A stretch of 64,000 nt of DNA, taken from an uncultured Verrucomicrobiae bacterium. GTDB taxonomy: Bacteria; Verrucomicrobiota; Verrucomicrobiia; Chthoniobacterales; Chthoniobacteraceae. Under the pieces are notes generated by a model. The model worked only from the letters and a program-made list of their open reading frames with translations. It made no database searches and was not told the origin of the DNA. Both the position numbers and the translations under genes were made by a program. Shown here piece by piece: positions 49,819 through 61,350 of this stretch (its first letter is position 1; the number at the start of each line of letters is the position of its first letter). The stretch lies in assembly GCA_963836755.1 (NCBI GenBank), contig CAWIKF010000002.1, forward strand, positions 800,001-864,000, given 5' to 3'.

Positions 49819-51159
49819 TTAATGCGCGGCGGGTTTCGCGGCGGTCGGATCGAAATTAAAGTTCCAGCGCGTCTCGACTTTTTTGCCGTCGGCCTTCGCG
49901 TCGAGAATCACCGTGTAATTTTTGTCGCGCAGTTTTGGCGAAACTTTGTAGCTCACGGTTTTTGTCTTCTGGTCGTAAACCGCCGGCACCAATCCGAGGC
50001 CGCTGATGCGCATCTCGATGCTGTGCGGGTCAACGTTTCCCATCGTCGCGAGGTTGGCTTTGATGACCGGCGTAGGATTGCTGATCGTTTCGCCTTCCAT
50101 CGGTTCGGTGACCATCGAGGCCGCGGCGAGCTGCGCGTAAGCCGGCGCGGCGGCGGGCGGCCCCGAGATGCCGCCGCCAATCATTTTCAGCGCATCGCTG
50201 TAAAATATTTGCGGCTTGCCCGCATCGACCGCGTAACGTCCGAGCAGGTCGTATGGCGGCGAACTGAAGCGAAGCTGCTGACCGTAAACGGTGAATGCCG
50301 CTTCGTATCCAGCTTCTTTAATTAGCGCTCGCGCCTTTTCGTTCCAGACGCCGAATGGATAGGCAAACGCGTCGCACTTGATGCCGAGTTGCTTTTCCAA
50401 CATCTCCTTCGAGCCAATGATTTCCTTGCGCAGCCAGCCATCCACGCCGAGTTGCGCGACTTCTTTTTTGACCTCGGCAGAATGCGTCCGGTCCATGCCA
50501 CCGCCGGGGATTTTTAGATTTGAATGCGAATACGTGTGGCATTCGATGTCGACACCCGCATCGCGCATTTCCGCGAGCTGATCCCACGTCATCGATTTGC
50601 CGCCGGTGTTGACGTAGTTGACGTAAATAAAGAGCGTGAACGGGTATTTAAACTTTTTTAAAATCGGCCATGCGTTGTCGTAGGCGGAGACCCAGCCATC
50701 ATCGATCGAGATGATCGCGCTTTTTGCCGGCATATCTTTTTCGCCGCGGCGGTAGGCGAGATAATCCTGCATCGAGATGACGGTGAAGCCGTTGTCCTTG
50801 AGCGCCTGCATTTCCTTTTCGAACTCTTCGACCGAAATCGTCAGCGCCTTCGTTTTGCTGTCCTCGATGTTGTGGTAACAAATGCAGATCGCGGCCGCGG
50901 ACTTATTGATGGCGGTCGCCGGCGGCGCGACAACGGCTGCTGCGGGCGCTGGTGATACGCCCGCTGCTGCTGCAGTGGCTGCGTTTTCCCGCGCGGGAGA
51001 TGCGCTGGCGGTGGCGGCTTTTTCCTCCGACTTTCCGTGCCGGAAATTTTTCAACTTTGCGACCAGCGCATCAATTTTTTTGCAACCAGCGAGCGGCAAA
51101 ATCAAAGCGACCGCGAGCAAAACCAGATCCTTTTTCCGAGCAAAATTTTTCGACATCAT
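49819..51159 (-). CDS. Polysaccharide deacetylase family lipoprotein
   Basis: Lipobox LAGC, YHNI, SIDDG, HTYSH, FAYPFG. Confidence 0.88.
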   Translation of the reverse strand: MMSKNFARKKDLVLLAVALILPLAGCKKIDALVAKLKNFRHGKSEEKAATASASPARENAATAAAAGVSPAPAAAVVAPPATAINKSAAAICICYHNIEDSKTKALTISVEEFEKEMQALKDNGFTVISMQDYLAYRRGEKDMPAKSAIISIDDGWVSAYDNAWPILKKFKYPFTLFIYVNYVNTGGKSMTWDQLAEMRDAGVDIECHTYSHSNLKIPGGGMDRTHSAEVKKEVAQLGVDGWLRKEIIGSKEMLEKQLGIKCDAFAYPFGVWNEKARALIKEAGYEAAFTVYGQQLRFSSPPYDLLGRYAVDAGKPQIFYSDALKMIGGGISGPPAAAPAYAQLAAASMVTEPMEGETISNPTPVIKANLATMGNVDPHSIEMRISGLGLVPAVYDQKTKTVSYKVSPKLRDKNYTVILDAKADGKKVETRWNFNFDPTAAKPAAH

Positions 51160-51227
51160 GAGTAGAAGGCGGAGCATACAAAGAATTCGCGCGTTGTCAT
51201 CCGGCACAGTCGAAAAACGCGCGCGAG

Positions 51228-52520
51228 CTACAGACCGAGCTTCTCAAAAGTTTGATTGACGTAGCGAAAATGAACGTCGAGCGAGCAGAGCCGGTCGATA
51301 TCACCCGCCGATAAATGGCGCATGATTTCGGGTTCCAGCTTGAGGTTTTCCTGCAGCGAACGGCCACCTTCCCACGTTTTCATCGCGGCACGCTGGACGG
51401 CTTCGTAGGCAGTTTGACGCGCGACGCCACGCTCGGTCAGCTTGAGCAAAATCGTCTGGCTGAAATACAAACCTTTCGTTTTTTCGAGGTTGCGCAGCAT
51501 GTTCTCAGGATAGACGACTAGTGTGTCGACGAGGTTTGTGAGCTGCACGAGCATGTAGTCGAGCAGCGTGCAGGAATCGGGCAGGATGATTCGCTCGACG
51601 CTGCTGTGCGAGATGTCGCGCTCGTGCCAGAGCGCCACGTTTTCCATCGCGGCCACGGCGTTGCCTCGAATGACTCGCGCCAGGCCGCTGAGCCGCTCGC
51701 CGGTGATTGGGTTGCGCTTGTGCGGCATCGCGGAACTGCCTTTCTGGCCGGGGCGAAAATATTCCTCCACTTCCAAAACTTCCGTGCGCTGCAAATGCCG
51801 AAATTCCGTCGCCCAGCGATCGATGCTCGACGCGATTAACGCCAGCACCGTCATGAATTCCGCGTGCCGATCGCGCTGAACGATTTGCGTGGAAATCGGC
51901 GCGGGGATTAAATTCAGGCGCGCGCAAACACTCGCCTCCACGCGCGGATCGAGATGCGCATGCGTGCCGACGGCGCCGCTGAGTTTTCCCACGCGCACGC
52001 GCTCGCGCATTTCGAGAAGCCGCTGCGTCGCGCGATTAAATTCGTCATGCATCAGCGCGAGCTTCAGCCCGAACGTGATTGGCTCCGCATGAATGCCGTG
52101 ACTCCGCCCGATCATCGGCGTGTGCTTAAATTCCTGCGCGCGTTTCGCGGTCGCGGCGCGGAGGTGATTCAAATCATCGAGCAAAATCCCGCACGCGTCA
52201 TTCATCTGCACCGCGAGCGTCGTGTCGAGAACGTCGGACGACGTCAGCCCTTGATGAATCCAGCGTGCGGCCGGGCCGACGTAGCTGGCGACGTTTTCCA
52301 GAAAAGCGATGACATCGTGATTCGTCCGCTTTTCGATTTCAGCGATCGCAGAGAGGTCAAACTTCGCGCGCTCGCGGATCGCTTGCGCATCCTCGTCGGG
52401 AATCTTTCCCAGATCGGCAAGCGCTTCGCAGGCGAGAATCTCGATCTCGAGCCAAATTTCGTGTTTGCGCTGCTCCGACCAGAGCTCGCGCATTTGCGGA
52501 AGGGAATATCGGTCAATCAC
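51228..52520 (-). CDS. purB: Adenylosuccinate lyase
   Basis: MIDRY, GLTSSD, GRSHGIHAEP, GSSAMPHKRNP, HERDISHSSVER. Confidence 0.96.
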   Translation of the reverse strand: MIDRYSLPQMRELWSEQRKHEIWLEIEILACEALADLGKIPDEDAQAIRERAKFDLSAIAEIEKRTNHDVIAFLENVASYVGPAARWIHQGLTSSDVLDTTLAVQMNDACGILLDDLNHLRAATAKRAQEFKHTPMIGRSHGIHAEPITFGLKLALMHDEFNRATQRLLEMRERVRVGKLSGAVGTHAHLDPRVEASVCARLNLIPAPISTQIVQRDRHAEFMTVLALIASSIDRWATEFRHLQRTEVLEVEEYFRPGQKGSSAMPHKRNPITGERLSGLARVIRGNAVAAMENVALWHERDISHSSVERIILPDSCTLLDYMLVQLTNLVDTLVVYPENMLRNLEKTKGLYFSQTILLKLTERGVARQTAYEAVQRAAMKTWEGGRSLQENLKLEPEIMRHLSAGDIDRLCSLDVHFRYVNQTFEKLGL

Positions 52521-52570
52521 AGACCGGAGAGCATTCGCAAAACTCTCCGGTCTTGAAAAGATTTAACTCT

Positions 52571-52750
52571 TTAGCAAACCCGCGCGCGGAGTTTGCGGCC
52601 GCCAGTTTGCAGGCGGACTTGGCCACTCTCAAGCAGATCGGCGACTGCGGCCACAGTCTCGTGGCTATTTTTGCTGCAACTGCTCACCGCGAGGATCAGG
52701 TCCCCGAGGCTGTAGTGACTGGCGCGGCTTACTTTGCGTTGTTTTTTCAT
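52571..52750 (-). CDS. Small hypothetical protein (59 aa, below the ORF-track cutoff)
   Basis: MKKQRKVSRASHYSLGDLILAVSSCSKNSHETVAAVADLLESGQVRLQTGGRKLRARVC, ATG to TAA, co-oriented with pdxH and purB. Confidence 0.6.
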   Translation of the reverse strand: MKKQRKVSRASHYSLGDLILAVSSCSKNSHETVAAVADLLESGQVRLQTGGRKLRARVC

Positions 52751-52899
52751 AAAATTGGGATGTTCAGTTATGAGATAGCAATCGACGTGCCACCAATCGC
52801 AGTTGCTTCGTCACACACAGTCGTTTGACGCGATTTCTGGGAAAAAGTTCACCAAAACTGCCGTGAATTTGGACACTCGTGTCGGAGTGCGAACAAAAT

Positions 52900-53550
52900 T
52901 TACGGCGACAGCCGGTCGATTTTCCATGCGCCGTCCGGCTGCGCCGCATAAGCCAGCCGGTCGTGCAGGCGATTCGGACGGCCCTGCCAAAACTCCATCC
53001 GATCCGGTCGCAGACAATATCCGCCCCACTTCGGCGGCAGCGGAACCTCATCGCCAAATCGCTCTGCAACTTCCCTCAAACGCGCTTCGAGAAAATCACG
53101 ATCCGGCACCGACTCGCTCTGCCTGCTCGCCCACGCGCCGTGCTGGCTGCCGACCGGCCGCGAATGAAAATATGCCGCCGATTCTTCGCGTGAAACTTTT
53201 TCCACGATGCCGGTCACGCAAACTTGCCGCTCCAGCGCTGGCCAAAAAAAATTCAACGCTGCGCGCGCATTCACCGCAAGCTCGCGAGCTTTGCGGCTTT
53301 CGTAATTGGTAAAAAAAACAAAGCCGCGCGCGTTGAAGCCCTTGAGCAAAACCACGCGCACCGACGGCTGGCCGTTCCCGTCCGCGGTCGCGAGCGTCAT
53401 CGCATTCGGATCATCCGGCTGCGTGCGCAATGCCTCTTCAAACCAATTCGAAAATTGCCTCATCGGATCAGGATCGAGATCGCTCTTCCGCAGCCCGCGC
53501 AGCGCGTATTCCTTCCGCAGCGCAGCAATGTCGCGAGATTCGTTGGACAC
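52900..53550 (-). CDS. pdxH: Pyridoxamine 5'-phosphate oxidase
   Basis: RVVLLKG, FFTNYESRK, YFHSRP, EFWQGRPNRLHDR. Confidence 0.95.
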   Translation of the reverse strand: MSNESRDIAALRKEYALRGLRKSDLDPDPMRQFSNWFEEALRTQPDDPNAMTLATADGNGQPSVRVVLLKGFNARGFVFFTNYESRKARELAVNARAALNFFWPALERQVCVTGIVEKVSREESAAYFHSRPVGSQHGAWASRQSESVPDRDFLEARLREVAERFGDEVPLPPKWGGYCLRPDRMEFWQGRPNRLHDRLAYAAQPDGAWKIDRLSP

Positions 53551-53772
53551 TGCGGAAGCTTACACAATGACCGCGAGCAGTCGTTATGAAAAACGAGGGC
53601 GAGACAAACCCGTCTCACCCCCGACCAACCAACCACCCCAATTTTTCGAGAACCGCGAGCGCCCTACCGCATTCGGCCTCGTTATAAAAATCGATTTTCA
53701 CGCGGGTGCAGGATGTCAGCTGTTCGCGGCACATCGCCTGCTTCCTTAGTCGCAGCCCGGTCCATTTTTTTC

Positions 53773-54927
53773 ATGCTCAAAGAAGACGTTGATTCACTGC
53801 TTTCCTCCATGATCGAAAGCTCCGACGGCGTGTCGGATCTTTTTTTCGTGGTGGGAAAACCGCCGCAGGTCGAGGTCTTCGGCAAGCTGAAAGCGTATCC
53901 CGCCGACTCGCCCTCGGCAATTTTGACGCCGAATAAAACCGAGGAACTCGCCAGCTTTTTGATCAATGGCACCGAGCGGCTCGAGCGCGACTTGCTCAAT
54001 CTCGGCGCGTGCGATTGCAGCTACGCGATCCCGCATTTCGCGCGCTTTCGCGTCAATATTTTCCGCCAAAACGGCAATCACGCCATCGTCATGCGCAAGC
54101 TCAACTCGGACATCCCGACGATGGAAAAGCTGAAGTTGCAGCCGATTTTTCACGAAATCATTCGGGAGAAAAACGGCATCGTCTTCGTCACCGGCGCAAC
54201 CGGCAGCGGCAAAACTACGACGCTTGCAGCGATGCTGAACGCGCTCAACGAATCGCAGGAAATCCACATCGTCACGCTCGAGGACCCGATTGAATTCATG
54301 CACCCGCACCAGAAGGCGACCTTCAGCCAGCGTGAGCTCGGGCGAGATTTTTCCGAATTCGCGCAAGGGCTGCGATCCGCTCTGCGACAGGCGCCGAAGG
54401 TGATTCTCGTCGGCGAAATCCGCGATCGCGAGACGATGGAGATCGCGCTGACTGCCGCGGAGACCGGTCACATTGTTTACAGCACGTTGCACACGATCAA
54501 CGCCGGCCAATCCATCAACCGCATCCTCGGTATGTTCGGGAAGGACGAGGAGCAGCAGGTCCGCGAGCGGCTCGCCGACACCCTTCGCTACATTGTCAGC
54601 CAGCGCCTCATTAGCAAAGTCAGCGGCGGCCGGCTCATGATCAACGAAATCATGGGCAGCAACCTGCGCACGCGCGAATCGCTTTTGCTCGGCGAGTCCG
54701 ACGGCCGGACGTTTCAGGAAATCATCGAGGCGAGCAATTCCTTCGGCTGGCAAACGTTCGACCAGGCGCTGATCGACTCCTTCAGCAAAGGCCTCATCAC
54801 CGAGGAAACCGCGAGCATTTTCGCCACGAGCAAGAGCAAAGTCAGCCACGGGCTCGACGCTGCGAAGAAGATTTTGTCGCCGGGAGAAAGCGCTGTGCCG
54901 TCCGGCTTCCGCCTGCAGGTTGTTTGA
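53773..54927 (+). CDS. PilT/PilU-family type IV pilus ATPase
   Basis: RFRVNIF, GATGSGKTTT, TLEDPIE, LRQAPKVILVGEIRD, AAETGH. Confidence 0.92.
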   Translation: MLKEDVDSLLSSMIESSDGVSDLFFVVGKPPQVEVFGKLKAYPADSPSAILTPNKTEELASFLINGTERLERDLLNLGACDCSYAIPHFARFRVNIFRQNGNHAIVMRKLNSDIPTMEKLKLQPIFHEIIREKNGIVFVTGATGSGKTTTLAAMLNALNESQEIHIVTLEDPIEFMHPHQKATFSQRELGRDFSEFAQGLRSALRQAPKVILVGEIRDRETMEIALTAAETGHIVYSTLHTINAGQSINRILGMFGKDEEQQVRERLADTLRYIVSQRLISKVSGGRLMINEIMGSNLRTRESLLLGESDGRTFQEIIEASNSFGWQTFDQALIDSFSKGLITEETASIFATSKSKVSHGLDAAKKILSPGESAVPSGFRLQVV

Positions 54928-54933
54928 CGGCGT

Positions 54934-56421
54934 CTATCTTTTGCTGACGGCACGCAACGCGAGATAAACCGCGAACGCGATGCCGAAGCCGACGAACCAC
55001 GCGTAGTTGTAGAGGTTCGCAAGGAAAGGCGGCACGCGCGCCGCATCGAGCACTTTCACATTCACCAAAAATCCCGGCAGACTCGGCAGCGCGCCGAGGA
55101 CGAGCGCGATCAACGCCACGCAGCTCACGCCATTCGTGTAACGATACGCACCGCCTTCATCATACAGCGCGCGCACGTCCAGCCGCGTGTGGCGCACGAC
55201 GAAATAATCCGCGATCAAAATCCCGCCGATCGGCCCCAGCAAAGCGCTGTAGCCGATCAGCCACGTGAAAATGTAGCCGCTCGGGTCGGCGACCAATTTC
55301 CACGGCATCATCAAAATCCCGACGATGCCCGTGATGAAACCGCCGATGCGAAATGAAATTTTCCGCGGCGCGAGATGCGCGAAATCGTTCGCCGGGCTGA
55401 CGACATTTGCGGCGATGTTTGTCGCGAGCGTCGCGATGCAGAGCGCGAGCATCGCGACCACGAGCACCGCCGGATTTTTAAACCGTGTTAAAACATCCAC
55501 CGGATCCCAGATCGGCGCGCCGTAGATGATCGTCGTCGCCGAAGTCACCGCCACGCCGATGAAAGAATAGAGCGCCATCGTCAGCGGCAGCCCGAGCGTT
55601 TGGCCGATGACCTGGTCGCGTTGCGTCCGCGCGTATCGCGAAAAGTCCGGGATGTTCAGCGAGAGCGTCGCCCAAAATCCGATCATTCCCGTGAGCGCTG
55701 GAAAAAAGAACGCGAGAAACTTTCCCGCATGCGGCTGCCCCGGCGCGAACGCCGAAGGCTGCGAGAGGATCGGCCCGAAGCCGCCCGCATTCCGCCACGC
55801 CCATGCCAGCAGCGCGAGCCCCGAGCGCGAGGAGCAGCGGCGCCTTGATCGAGAGCAAAATGCGGATCGAGTCGATCCCCTTGTAAATCACCAACATGTT
55901 GATCCCCCAGAAAAACAAAAAGCTGCGCGAACTGCGGCAGCGTGATCCCGAGCGCGCTCGCATGCGGTCCTGCGCAGCGAACTCGGAAAAAAGACGCCGA
56001 GAATTTTAAAAATCGCCGCGCCGCCGATCCACGTCTGGATGCCGAACCAGCCGCACGCCACGAACGCGCGCAGCAGCGCCGGCACATTCGCGCCGCGCGT
56101 CCCGAACGACGCCCGGCAGTAAACCGGAAACGGAATCCCGTAGCGCGTCCCCGCGTGCGCATTGAGGATCATCGGCACCAGCACGATCAAATTCCCGAGA
56201 AAAATCGTCCCGATCGCCTGCGCCCAATTCATCCCGCCGCCGATGAGCGACGACGCCAGCATGTAAGTCGGGATGCACGCCGACATCGAAATCCAGAGCG
56301 CCGCGAAATTCCCCGCGTGCCACGTCCGCCGCGCCGCCGGCACCGGCGCCAGGTCGGCATTGAGCAAAGCGCTCTCCTCTGGAGCATCGGTCACCGTGGG
56401 ATCAGACAAAGTGCGGTCCAT
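54934..56421 (-). CDS. NCS1 nucleobase:cation symporter, frameshifted
   Basis: NADLAP, GIPFPVYCRASFG, ACGWFGIQTW, then FWATLSLNIPDFSRY and NIAANVVSPA in other frames. Confidence 0.88.
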
Positions 56422-56514
56422 TGGTAAAAAGGACGCCGCATCCTAGCGCGCATTTCCCGGCGTGCAATGCACGACAGCGCGCCCGCCAAGCCGGGCCACC
56501 GCCGACGACTTTGA

Positions 56515-56571
56515 CGCCATCGTCACTGGCAGCCCGAGCGTTTGCCCGACGATCTGGTCACGCTGCGTCCG
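56515..56571 (-). repeat. Diverged copy of NCS1 segment 55573-55629
   Basis: 50/57 identical; encodes RTQRDQIVGQTLGLPVTMA versus RTQRDQVIGQTLGLPLTMA. Confidence 0.8.
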
Positions 56572-56660
56572 GAGGGTAAGCCGAGTCGTCGCTCGTCACG
56601 CCCACTGAATAAACTGCTTGATTGATTTGGAACGCCCAACCGAAAGTGCGGCGGATAAAT

Positions 56661-57263
56661 ATGCGGTTGTTTGCCTTGATTATCCTTCTAGTAGCGAGTG
56701 TCGATCACGCCCTTGCAGAAACGACGGTTGCTTCATCCCAGGCCGAGGCAATCAAACAATGGCCAGCGCTCGCTAAACCCGACTCGAAATTCAACAAACG
56801 CTTTGTGCAAATCCATGCCTTGGCCAAAGAGATGAATGATCCGCTGCTCAACAGCTCGGACTGGCCTATGAAACTGGCGAAATTTGTTTCTTTAGAAGTG
56901 CGTAAAGGCTCCACTTACCACCATGTCCCAGCGCAGTTTGTCGCTGTCGCGGGAACCATCACAGGGGCGGTCAATCACGGAGTGGTGGTTAAGGTTGATG
57001 ACGCTCCACAATTTGCGGCCTTAAACTTCGCTCCCGGGACGCACATGATCTTCGTGAATGGCAATTTTGGAATCGTGGATGGCCGAGTGGTGCAATACGA
57101 AGCAAAGCGGAGGATTGAGGCGAACCTCGTTTACACGGGGACCGTTGAATTGATTGCGCTCGACCAAGACGGCAAAAGCATGGGGCCGGATTCAAACATT
57201 AAATCCACTCCTCTACGGACATATAGCACTATCGAAGATTTCATCACGCATCCGATGTGGTGA
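56661..57263 (+). CDS. Hypothetical secreted protein, lower GC
   Basis: MRLFALIILLVASVDHALA signal-like start within ORF 56622..57263. Confidence 0.65.
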   Translation: MRLFALIILLVASVDHALAETTVASSQAEAIKQWPALAKPDSKFNKRFVQIHALAKEMNDPLLNSSDWPMKLAKFVSLEVRKGSTYHHVPAQFVAVAGTITGAVNHGVVVKVDDAPQFAALNFAPGTHMIFVNGNFGIVDGRVVQYEAKRRIEANLVYTGTVELIALDQDGKSMGPDSNIKSTPLRTYSTIEDFITHPMW

Positions 57264-57282
57264 TGTGATGGGGGCGTCTTCC

Positions 57283-57354
57283 TGCCGAACCAGCCGCACG
57301 CGACGAACGCGCGCAGCAGCGCCGGCACATTCGCCCGCGCGTCCCGAACGACGC
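57283..57354 (-). repeat. Near-identical copy of NCS1 segment 56040-56112
   Basis: One substitution and one 1-nt deletion over ~73 bp. Confidence 0.85.
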
Positions 57355-57361
57355 GGGGATT

Positions 57362-57628
57362 TTTCACCCTGATCGACTTCCCGTCCCCTGCTGCCGACAT
57401 TGCATCGGTGAGTTGCGAGACTACGGAGGCTACAAGGACAACATGAATCCCAACGGGGCAAATCTATCCGATGTCTGGACGGACATTCCTCCAGTCCGGC
57501 ATAAGAAGTATAAGAAGAGGGAGGCAAATGCTCTTTCGCTCAAGCTCATGGATTGAGTTGTCTCAATTGCCAGCGATCCTGGCTCACTCGTCCTAGACCC
57601 GTTCGGAGGTTCAGGAACTACCTTCGCT
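57362..57628 (+). pseudogene. Remnant of a beta-class (N4-C/N6-A) DNA methyltransferase
   Basis: FHPDRLPVPCCRHCIGELRDYGGYKDNMNPNGANLSDVWTDIPPVRHKKYK...LMD*VVSIASDPGSLVLDPFGGSGTT; internal TGA and no N-terminus. Confidence 0.75.
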
Positions 57629-57861
57629 GGATTCCGATTTTTCTCCCGTCGTTCCCAAACTCCATTGAGGAGACCTTATCCCCGAAACTCTGTTTCGCAC
57701 TGCCCGAAGTCGCGGACTCCTATCTCATGGATCAGGTTGCGGATGCGGATGACCTAGTGTTGCAATTTGACGGCGATGACGCGGGGCGGCAAGCCGGCGT
57801 AAGCGCGCGCGGTCGGTGCGACTGGGATTGACCTGCGCACATCCCGCGCAAACATTCAGGG

Positions 57862-58740
57862 ATGCGGACGACTTTGAACTCATCGGCGGGGGCGCAGTTT
57901 CGCGCGGCGCTCGATGCGGAGCGGCCGCTGCAAATCGCGGGGGCGATCAATGCTTATGCCGCGATGCTCGCGGAGCGTGCCGGGTTTTGCGCGCTCTATC
58001 TCTCCGGCGCGGGCATTGCAAATGCCTCGCGCGGCATCCCCGATCTCGGGATGACGACGCTCGACGATGTGCTGACGGATGTGAAACGGATTGTTTCGGC
58101 GACAAAGTTGCCGCTGCTCGTGGATGCCGACACGGCGTGGGACGATCCCGCGCAAACGGTCGGCGCGATGATCGAGGCGGGCGCGTCGGGAATCCACATC
58201 GAGGATCAGGTGGAGGCGAAGCGTTGTGGGCATCGGCCGGGGAAACAACTTGTGAAGACAGAGGAAATGATCGCGCGCATTTCGCAGGCGGTTGCCGGAA
58301 AAACGGACGGCGACTTTTTCATCATGGCGCGAACCGATGCGGTCGCGGTCGAGGGGCTGGATGCGGCGATCGAGCGCGCGCAACATTACGCCGCCGCGGG
58401 CGCGGATGGGATTTTCGCGGAGGCTTGCACGGAGCTGGCGCATTACGAGAAATTCGCGCGCAGCCTTTCGGTGCCGGTGCTAGCGAACATCACGGAGTTC
58501 GGCAAAACGCCGCTTTTCACCGTGGAGGAACTGCGAGGCGCGGGCGTGGCGATGGTGCTTTATCCGCTCTCAGCCTTCCGCGCGATGAATGCGGCGGCGC
58601 TCAAAGTTTTTGAAACAATCCGGCGCGAAGGTTCGCAGCGCGCGGTGCTCGCCACGATGCAGACGCGTGCCGAACTTTACGAAATCCTCAACTACCACGC
58701 CGCCGAGCAGCAACTCGACGCACAGCAAAAAAAACCATGA
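57862..58740 (+). CDS. prpB: Methylisocitrate lyase
   Basis: [43 protein letters not shown]. Confidence 0.94.
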   Translation: MRTTLNSSAGAQFRAALDAERPLQIAGAINAYAAMLAERAGFCALYLSGAGIANASRGIPDLGMTTLDDVLTDVKRIVSATKLPLLVDADTAWDDPAQTVGAMIEAGASGIHIEDQVEAKRCGHRPGKQLVKTEEMIARISQAVAGKTDGDFFIMARTDAVAVEGLDAAIERAQHYAAAGADGIFAEACTELAHYEKFARSLSVPVLANITEFGKTPLFTVEELRGAGVAMVLYPLSAFRAMNAAALKVFETIRREGSQRAVLATMQTRAELYEILNYHAAEQQLDAQQKKP

Positions 58741-59861
58741 GCGAAGCAAAAAAGAAGATCGCGCTATCGGGCGTTGTCGCGGGCCAAACCGCCATCTGCA
58801 CCGTCGGCAAGGAAGGCGTCGGTCTCACCTATCGCGGCTACTCGATCGAGGATCTCGCGGAGCACGGGAGCTACGAGGAAACCGCGTGGCTGGTGCTGCA
58901 CGGTGAACTGCCGACGCGCGCGCAGCTCGACGAATTTCGAAAAAAACTCGCGACGCTGCGCGGGCTGCCATCGCCGCTGAAGCAAGCGCTGGAGCTGCTT
59001 CCCGCCGAAACGCATCCGATGGATGTGCTGCGCACCGGCTGTTCCGTGCTCGGAACTTTGGAGCCGGAAAATGCATCGCGCAGCGGACTCGACATCGCGT
59101 TGCGGCTGCTCGCGGTGTTCCCGTCGATGCTGCTTTACTGGCATCACTTCACGCGCGGCGGCGAGCGGATCGAAACCCAAACGGGCGAATCGGGAGTGGC
59201 GGCAAACTTTTTACATTTGCTGCACAACCGTTCGCCTGGACCGCTGCAAGCGCGCGCGATGGATGTCGCGCTGATCCTTTACACCGAGCACGAATTCAAC
59301 GCCTCGACCTTCGCCTGCCGCGTCGTCGCCGGCACCGGCTCGGACTTTTATTCGTGCGTCTGCGCAGGCATCGGTGCGCTGCGCGGTCCGCTCCATGGCG
59401 GGGCTAACGAAGCGGCGATGGAGCTGATCGAAAAATTCGATTCGCCCGACGCTGCGGAAAAAAGTTTGCTCGAGATGCTCGCGCAAAAGCGAACCGTGAT
59501 GGGTTTCGGCCATCCGGTCTATCGCATTTCCGACCCGCGCTCCGACATCATCAAAGCCTGGTCGCAAAAACTTTCCGCCGGGCAGTCGGATGAACGCTTG
59601 TTTAATATTTCGCAACGGATCGAAACGGTGATGAAGCGCGAGAAAAACATGTTTCCGAATCTCGATTTTTACAGCGCCAGCGCGTTCCATTTTCTCGGAG
59701 TGCCGACGGCGATGTTCACGCCGATCTTCGTCTTCGCGCGCATCGCCGGATGGTCGGCGCACATCCTCGAGCAGCGCGAAAACAAACGCCTCATCCGCCC
59801 GACCGCCGAATACATCGGCCCCGAGCCGCGCGCATTCGTGCCGATGGATCAGCGCGGATGA
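58737..59861 (+). CDS. prpC: 2-methylcitrate synthase
   Basis: [30 protein letters not shown]; lies between prpB and prpD. Confidence 0.93.
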   Translation: MSEAKKKIALSGVVAGQTAICTVGKEGVGLTYRGYSIEDLAEHGSYEETAWLVLHGELPTRAQLDEFRKKLATLRGLPSPLKQALELLPAETHPMDVLRTGCSVLGTLEPENASRSGLDIALRLLAVFPSMLLYWHHFTRGGERIETQTGESGVAANFLHLLHNRSPGPLQARAMDVALILYTEHEFNASTFACRVVAGTGSDFYSCVCAGIGALRGPLHGGANEAAMELIEKFDSPDAAEKSLLEMLAQKRTVMGFGHPVYRISDPRSDIIKAWSQKLSAGQSDERLFNISQRIETVMKREKNMFPNLDFYSASAFHFLGVPTAMFTPIFVFARIAGWSAHILEQRENKRLIRPTAEYIGPEPRAFVPMDQRG

Positions 59862-61303
59862 GCGCCCCGCTTTGGAACGTCCGTCCGCCGCCCGACGAAC
59901 TGCTCGTGCAGATCGCCGACTACGTTTGCGATTTTCGAATCACGAGCGACGAAGCATTCGACACGGCCCGCCATTGTTTGATGGACACGCTCGGCTGCGG
60001 AATCCTCGCGCTGAGCTATCCCGCGTGCACGAAAATGCTCGGACCGATCGTGCCCGGCGCGGTCTTGGAAAATGGCGCGCGTGTCCCGGGAACCGCATGG
60101 CAGCTTGATCCGCAGGCAGCGGCATTTAACATCGGCTGCGCGATTCGATGGCTCGACTTTAACGACACCTGGCTCGCGGCGGAGTGGGGGCATCCGTCCG
60201 ATAACCTCGGCGCCATCCTCGCTGTCGCCGATTTTTTGAGCCGCAACGGCGCCGCGCTGACGATGCGCGACGTGCTCATCGCGATGATCAAGGCGCACGA
60301 AATCCAGGGTGTGCTCGCGCTGGAAAATTCGTTCAACCGCGTCGGCCTCGATCACGTCCTGCTCGTCCGCATCGCTTCCACGGCGGTCGCGACCGCGCTG
60401 CTCGGAGGCACGCGCGCGCAAATCATCGACGCAGTTTCAAACGCATTCCTCGACGGCGGCGCGCTCCGCGCGTATCGCCACGCGCCGAACACCGGCTCGC
60501 GCAAATCGTGGGCTGCGGGCGACGCGACCGCGCGCGCGGTCTGGCACGCGCTCATCGCCATGCGCGGCGAAATGGGCTACCCCGGCGCGCTCTCGACGCC
60601 GACGTGGGGTTTCAGCGATGTGCTCTTCCGCGGCCAGCCGATCAAGCTGGCGCGGCCCTTCGCGAGCTACGTCATGGAAAACGTGCTCTTCAAAATTTCG
60701 TTCCCGGCGGAATTTCACGCGCAGACGGCGGTCGAGGCGGCGGCGCTCGCGCTGCATCCGCTCGTCCGCGATCGTTTAAACGAAATAGAACGCATCGAAA
60801 TCGCGACGCACGAGTCGGCGATGAGGATCATTCACAAGACCGGGCCGCTGCATAATCCCGCCGACCGCGATCATTGCCTCGAATACATGACCGCCATCGG
60901 CTTGATTTTCGGCACGCTCACCGCCGACCATTACGAGGACGCGGTCGCCGCGAACCCGCTTGTCGAACTGATTCGCGAGAAAATGGTTGTCAGCGAAAAC
61001 CCGCAATATTCGCGCGATTACCTCGACCCGGAAAAGCGCTCCATCGCAAACGCGGTGCAAATTTTCTTCCGCGACGGCACCAGCACGGTGCGCGTCGAAG
61101 TTGAGTATCCCATCGGCCACCGCCGCCGCCGCGCAGAGGCGATTCCATTGCTCGTGCAGAAATTCGAGCGGAACTTCGCGACGAAGTTTGACGCCGAAAA
61201 AGTCGCCGCGCTTCGCGAACTTTGCCTCGACCGGACGCGGCTCGAGCCCACGCCCGTGCGCGATTTCAGCGACCTCCTCGCCATCGAAACACCCGCCGAC
61301 TGA
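59858..61303 (+). CDS. prpD: 2-methylcitrate dehydratase
   Basis: [51 protein letters not shown]. Confidence 0.95.
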   Translation: MSAPLWNVRPPPDELLVQIADYVCDFRITSDEAFDTARHCLMDTLGCGILALSYPACTKMLGPIVPGAVLENGARVPGTAWQLDPQAAAFNIGCAIRWLDFNDTWLAAEWGHPSDNLGAILAVADFLSRNGAALTMRDVLIAMIKAHEIQGVLALENSFNRVGLDHVLLVRIASTAVATALLGGTRAQIIDAVSNAFLDGGALRAYRHAPNTGSRKSWAAGDATARAVWHALIAMRGEMGYPGALSTPTWGFSDVLFRGQPIKLARPFASYVMENVLFKISFPAEFHAQTAVEAAALALHPLVRDRLNEIERIEIATHESAMRIIHKTGPLHNPADRDHCLEYMTAIGLIFGTLTADHYEDAVAANPLVELIREKMVVSENPQYSRDYLDPEKRSIANAVQIFFRDGTSTVRVEVEYPIGHRRRRAEAIPLLVQKFERNFATKFDAEKVAALRELCLDRTRLEPTPVRDFSDLLAIETPAD

Positions 61304-61350
61304 CGCTGAAAAAATCTCCGCAAACTCCCGCGAGCCGGCGCGAACGCGGC

